Shown here: positions 63,289-64,000 of the stretch, one piece after another
Numbering within the stretch: position 1 is the stretch's first letter
Layout: every line of letters starts with the position of its first letter
Assembly (NCBI GenBank): GCA_030704615.1
Contig: CM060734.1
Location: 8,246,001 to 8,310,000 of the forward strand
Length of the DNA stretch: 64,000 bases
Direction of reading: 5' to 3'
Source of the DNA: Takakia lepidozioides
Taxonomy: Eukaryota; Plantae; Bryophyta
Program-made: the position numbers and the translations under genes
The notes under the pieces: model-generated
The model's database searches: none
The model's input: the letters and a program-made list of their open reading frames with translations, nothing else
What the model was told of the DNA's origin: nothing

Positions 63289-64000
63289 CCAGCTCATAGA
63301 AACGGCGATGGATTGGTGTACAACATTCTGGGCAAGCGCTCATCCGCAAGGCTTGCGGGATAAGACATGTGAGATGGAACATATGTCCACATGATCCAAG
63401 CACACGACATCCCTTTGGGCCGTATGGATTCCTGCACATCGAACAAACTGTGTCATCTGATATCCATGACGGCAAAACGCCTCGTGGTATCTCCTCCCTC
63501 TCGGCCGATTTGATGTGGCTGCTCATCTTTGTTGTGGTGTCCCACTCCTCCTCTATCTCCAATTCCCAGTTTATGCTTCTGTTCGACCCCGAAATTCTGT
63601 GCTCACATCGATCGAATATAGATTCCATATATGCCCAGTTGGTATACCCGACGAACACGCTTGATGCGTTGCGGAGATCGTTATACATTTGCATGTTGTC
63701 ATAAATGTTATCCACGCTACAGTTTGACATGCGTGCGACACGTTGCAAGGCTGATAGTGCCCGCTCTACTCGTGCTTCTCTGGAGGCCAAATGGGTCGCC
63801 CATTGTACCCAATTCTCCCAATCGTCATTCAATGGGACCCATGTCTGAATCTCCAATGTTTTGGACAACCGTCATGCAGTTGTCATGGCAATGTCCCGCT
63901 GCTTTGTAATGCGATCGATATCATCCATGATATCGGATTGAATGACTACCTTTGAGCATTCCCCGGTTTCCAGTACTGGATCTTTTTCTTTTCTCCTTTT
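63289..64000 (-). CDS. RING-finger protein exon (gene extends beyond the window; possibly pseudogenic or TE-borne)
   Basis: CSMC...SCGHMFHLTC...CPEC RING-H2 pattern, followed by a GTAAG donor near 63288. Confidence 0.6.

Overview
This is eukaryotic nuclear DNA from a land plant. The style of the PLS-class PPR fragments suggests a bryophyte or other seed-free plant, but that is inference. The window is mostly nested, decayed transposons around one apparently intact host gene, a two-exon DUF1635 gene (25589-28348), plus a RING-finger exon running off the right edge. Recognisable elements are a Mutator-like transposase with SWIM domain, a hAT transposase with foldback-like palindrome arrays, a CACTA tnp2 remnant, two LTR retroelement remnants, LINE pieces and a tRNA-derived SINE. 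The most notable structure is a complete ~7 kb element (30198-37155) with ~365-bp TIRs, TA termini and a 6-bp TSD. It encodes an intron-containing IS3/rve-type DDE transposase, matching the IS3EU superfamily that is known to me mainly from animals and fungi. It appears to sit in a piggyBac element whose transposase is also split by a gene-fragment-carrying CACTA element and by an internal inversion. Several regions are patchworks of short host-gene fragments (PPR, DUF2921, M16 peptidase, OSB PDF motif, aldo-keto reductase, PDZ-like). All family assignments come from motif recognition by eye; no searches were run.
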